A DNA stretch of 64,000 nt, from positions 1,240,001-1,304,000 of the forward strand of contig BQFW01000011.1 of NCBI GenBank assembly GCA_020891255.1, read 5' to 3'. The number at the start of each line of letters is the position of its first letter. The stretch's first letter is position 1. Below the pieces are notes generated by a model. It was not told where the DNA came from and did no database searches. It saw only the letters and a program-made list of their open reading frames with translations. A program made the position numbers and the translations under genes. The stretch is from Entomortierella parvispora E1425. Its lineage: Eukaryota > Fungi > Mortierellomycota. Positions 61,436 through 64,000 of this stretch are shown here, one piece after another.

Positions 61436-62481
61436 ATGATGATCAAGGAACCCACGGACGCCACCACCCCCGAGGCTGGACTCCCCACATTTGAATCCAC
61501 CCTTGTCATTGCATTCCCAGACGTGCTCCAAGCAGGACCCAAGATCCTGCTTTCGTCTGCGCATGCCGCCTCCCAAGGCCAGACCGTCACTGCATGGTCC
61601 CACTACAGCACCGCACCCATCAGTGCCGCGAAAATATCCAGGGCTGCTTCAGGATCCGCAAAACCAGCCAAGAAACAGCCAAAGGACTTTGTTCACTATT
61701 CGACTGCAGCTCTCGGAGGTCAAACGATTGGACAATTGACCGTTTCGACGGCACCTGCCACCACAGAACAGGCGTCTTTTCTGTGTCAGGCGATCGTGCA
61801 CCAGGCCAAAGCCTCAGGAACTCAAAAGATCATTATCGTGGCTGCCTCCAACGTTGCGACGAAACAATCTCGAACGCATGTTGTCCAACTGCATCAAGGT
61901 AAAAAGAAGGCAGACAGGGTAGAAACCAAGCAAGGGATCTCATCAGGACGACTGTGCATCCTGACAGAAAGGAAAAGGAAGGAACATGTTATTGACTTTG
62001 GCGCTTGGGTTGGATTCTTTGTTGTTTGTCATCTATAGAAGGATCGCTCGGATTGCCTGCTCTGCCAAAGGATGTGTCTTTGGGCGATCATATTCTGAAC
62101 ACGTTGTTGGCTTTGTTGACGTTCATTGAGATTCCAACGACGGCGTTGGTGCACCCAGCCAAAAAGGGAACGAGTCTCCGGGAAACTAGGGTAAGGAAGG
62201 GCCATTGCTGGAATAGAATACGAAATAGAACAGTTGGACAGGGCGTTCGCGAATGCCTTTTTTTTTTTGTCTTGATTGTTCGCGTGGCGTGTCGCTGATC
62301 GGAATCTTTTTTTTTTTTTTTTTTTTTTGTGCGATAGTCGATCATCGAGAACCTGACGGCGTCATTGGCATTGACCCTTGGCGAAGGTGGTTCAACAGAA
62401 TTCTCGGCTGAGAGAGCATTTGAATACCGACCCTCCAAGGGAGAGGATGAGGAAGCAGCAGATAGTATGATGTACCTTTGA
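61436..62481 (+). CDS. Probable proteasome assembly chaperone (PAC1/PAC2-like) with C-terminal HbYX motif; exons 61436-61898, 62039-62190, 62338-62481
   Basis: Spliced product ends ...EEAADSMMYL-stop. Internal SFLCQAIVHQAKASGTQKIIIVAAS resembles the PAC2-fold helix-strand. Assignment is by motif, not by search. Confidence 0.6.
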
Positions 62482-63716
62482 GTGGCATCAAAAAAAAGGA
62501 AAAAGGAAAAAAATAAGAATATGAAAAAATAATGAAAGAAAGGGAGATGCGATGCAGTAGGATCCGCAATGACCCAATGCAGAAAGGATTCGCAACAGGA
62601 GGAGGAGGAGGAGAAAGAAAAAGAGGAGAACGAGAGAGAGGGATGTGCGAGAACCTACTCTGATATCATCTGGTATTTCTTTAGAGTCGCAAAAGCAGGC
62701 GGATCGAGATGGAGATCGAGGCTCTGTTTGAACAGCTTTGTCCGCGATCTGCGATTGTGAGCAGGAGAGAGAGAGAGAGTGGAATGAGCTGTCCAAACAA
62801 CAGATCGAAACGCAAAAGAGCGAATGCGCAGGAGCGGAGAGAAAGAGACGAGAAAAGAAAGAGACGGACGACATCCACCTATGCACATGTCCCAAAAGAG
62901 CGAGGGCCTCAACAGATCAGATCATCGCGCGTGTACATGTACACCCTATTTCATTTATCCTCCCATGGGAGTCTCCCACTTTGGACTCCTGCAAATCTGT
63001 TTTTGCACCCTTGCTGCTGTTGCAACAAGACGACGACGAAGGGGGTGCAGGACTGAGAATGGCAGTGGCGATGATCGCATGTGGTGACACCAGCCTGCGA
63101 CTCTGTCAGTCTGTCCCTGGTGTGCCCCTCTCGACCATGGACACCAATCAGCGCCCTCTGTTCCACACTGCTGGGTCTGTGAATGTCAATGGAGCATGCA
63201 CAGGGGATGGATGCTGTCAAGACAGACAGACAGACACACAGACACCAAAGGGAACGAAGCGACTCTTTTTTTTTTTTCTCCCTTGGTTCCTTCTCTTCCT
63301 CTCTCTCTTCCTCCCTCTCTCTCTCTCGGTTGTCGCGCTTTGCCAGAAGAGCAGATCTGTCGCAGTTCCACCCCTCTTCTTCCTCTTCCTCGCTCTCTCT
63401 CGCTCTCCACTTCGCACTTTCCATTCAAGCGCCATTCTTTTCCAAGTCATCAAGTCATTCAAGTCAATCAAGTCATTCAAGTCAATCCATCCATTCGCTC
63501 TCAACCATTTCGAACACGCCGACTCGCACCGCAAACGACAAAGCGCGCATTCCCATTGTGCGCCAGTCCATCGTTCGTGCCTGTCCTTCCCTTGCCTTGC
63601 CTTGCCTTGCCTTTCTTTGCCTTGCCTGCCGACCTGCCTGTCCCTCTGCCGTCCCTCTGGTGCCTGTCTGGTGGATAGCATCCTCCCTCCCTTAAACTGC
63701 TTCCTGTCGCCTCATC

Positions 63717-64000
63717 ATGTTTCCTCAAAAGCAAGGTCAACCGTCCTTCATGGCCTCCTCTTCCTCTCCTTCTGCTTCTCTCCCCACCTTTTCTCCCGCA
63801 GTCACTCTTCCGGCAGGTGAATCCTCCCTCCACCTCTTGCAACACCAGCAGCAGCAAGAGCATTACTCTCCGCAACAACTGCAACTACAGCAACCACAGT
63901 TGTCTGCCCCACCCTCCTTTCCTTCTTCCCACTCTCCATACCAAGAACCCCTCGCTGTCTCGCTTGAAGATCAACGTTCACAGCAACTTGAGCGGCAACG
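63717..64000 (+). CDS. 5' end of a Ser/Pro/Gln-rich protein, truncated by the window end
   Basis: ATG 63717 (MFPQKQGQPSFMASSSSPSAS...) stays open to position 64000 after a long pyrimidine-rich leader. Confidence 0.65.
   Translation, partial: MFPQKQGQPSFMASSSSPSASLPTFSPAVTLPAGESSLHLLQHQQQQEHYSPQQLQLQQPQLSAPPSFPSSHSPYQEPLAVSLEDQRSQQLERQ

Noticed and set aside
63041-63110. TPP-riboswitch-like GGGGGTGC...CTGAGA
   Set aside because: Only 4 nt between the motifs (no P3 stem) and no downstream ACCC/AACCTGAT core.
62738-63820. 360-aa plus-strand ORF
   Set aside because: Made of SSR and pyrimidine-tract translation; the plausible CDS starts at 63717 in another frame.

Overview
Gene-dense, intron-containing fungal DNA, most likely an early-diverging fungus of the Mortierellaceae (inferred from intron style and gene content, not proven). 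About 20 protein-coding genes can be reconstructed by splicing across the ORF track: an SHB17-like histidine phosphatase (cut by the window start), an orphan disordered protein, a probable GPI-anchored protein, ribosomal protein uL13 (RPL16/RPL13A), a large DUF3712/Tag1-like protein, a chitin synthase, a PiT/PHO89 phosphate transporter, an orphan with a repeated domain, a CsbD-like hydrophilin, an ABHD1/3-Eht1-type hydrolase, a biotin-dependent acyl-CoA carboxylase alpha subunit, an orphan type I membrane protein, a short-type ABCC transporter, an F-box protein, a DDHD phospholipase, a MYND-finger/thioesterase fusion, CHL1/DDX11 helicase, CipC, a probable proteasome assembly chaperone, and the 5' end of a Q/S-rich gene. 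The standout accessory feature is an apparently intact Crypton-type tyrosine-recombinase element (about 9.26-13.72 kb). It has a four-exon ORF of about 1290 aa, all predicted catalytic residues, a C-terminal GCR1_C-like domain, and a candidate pair of inverted TTAA-centred 10-mers at its ends. No rRNA, tRNA or CRISPR was recognised.
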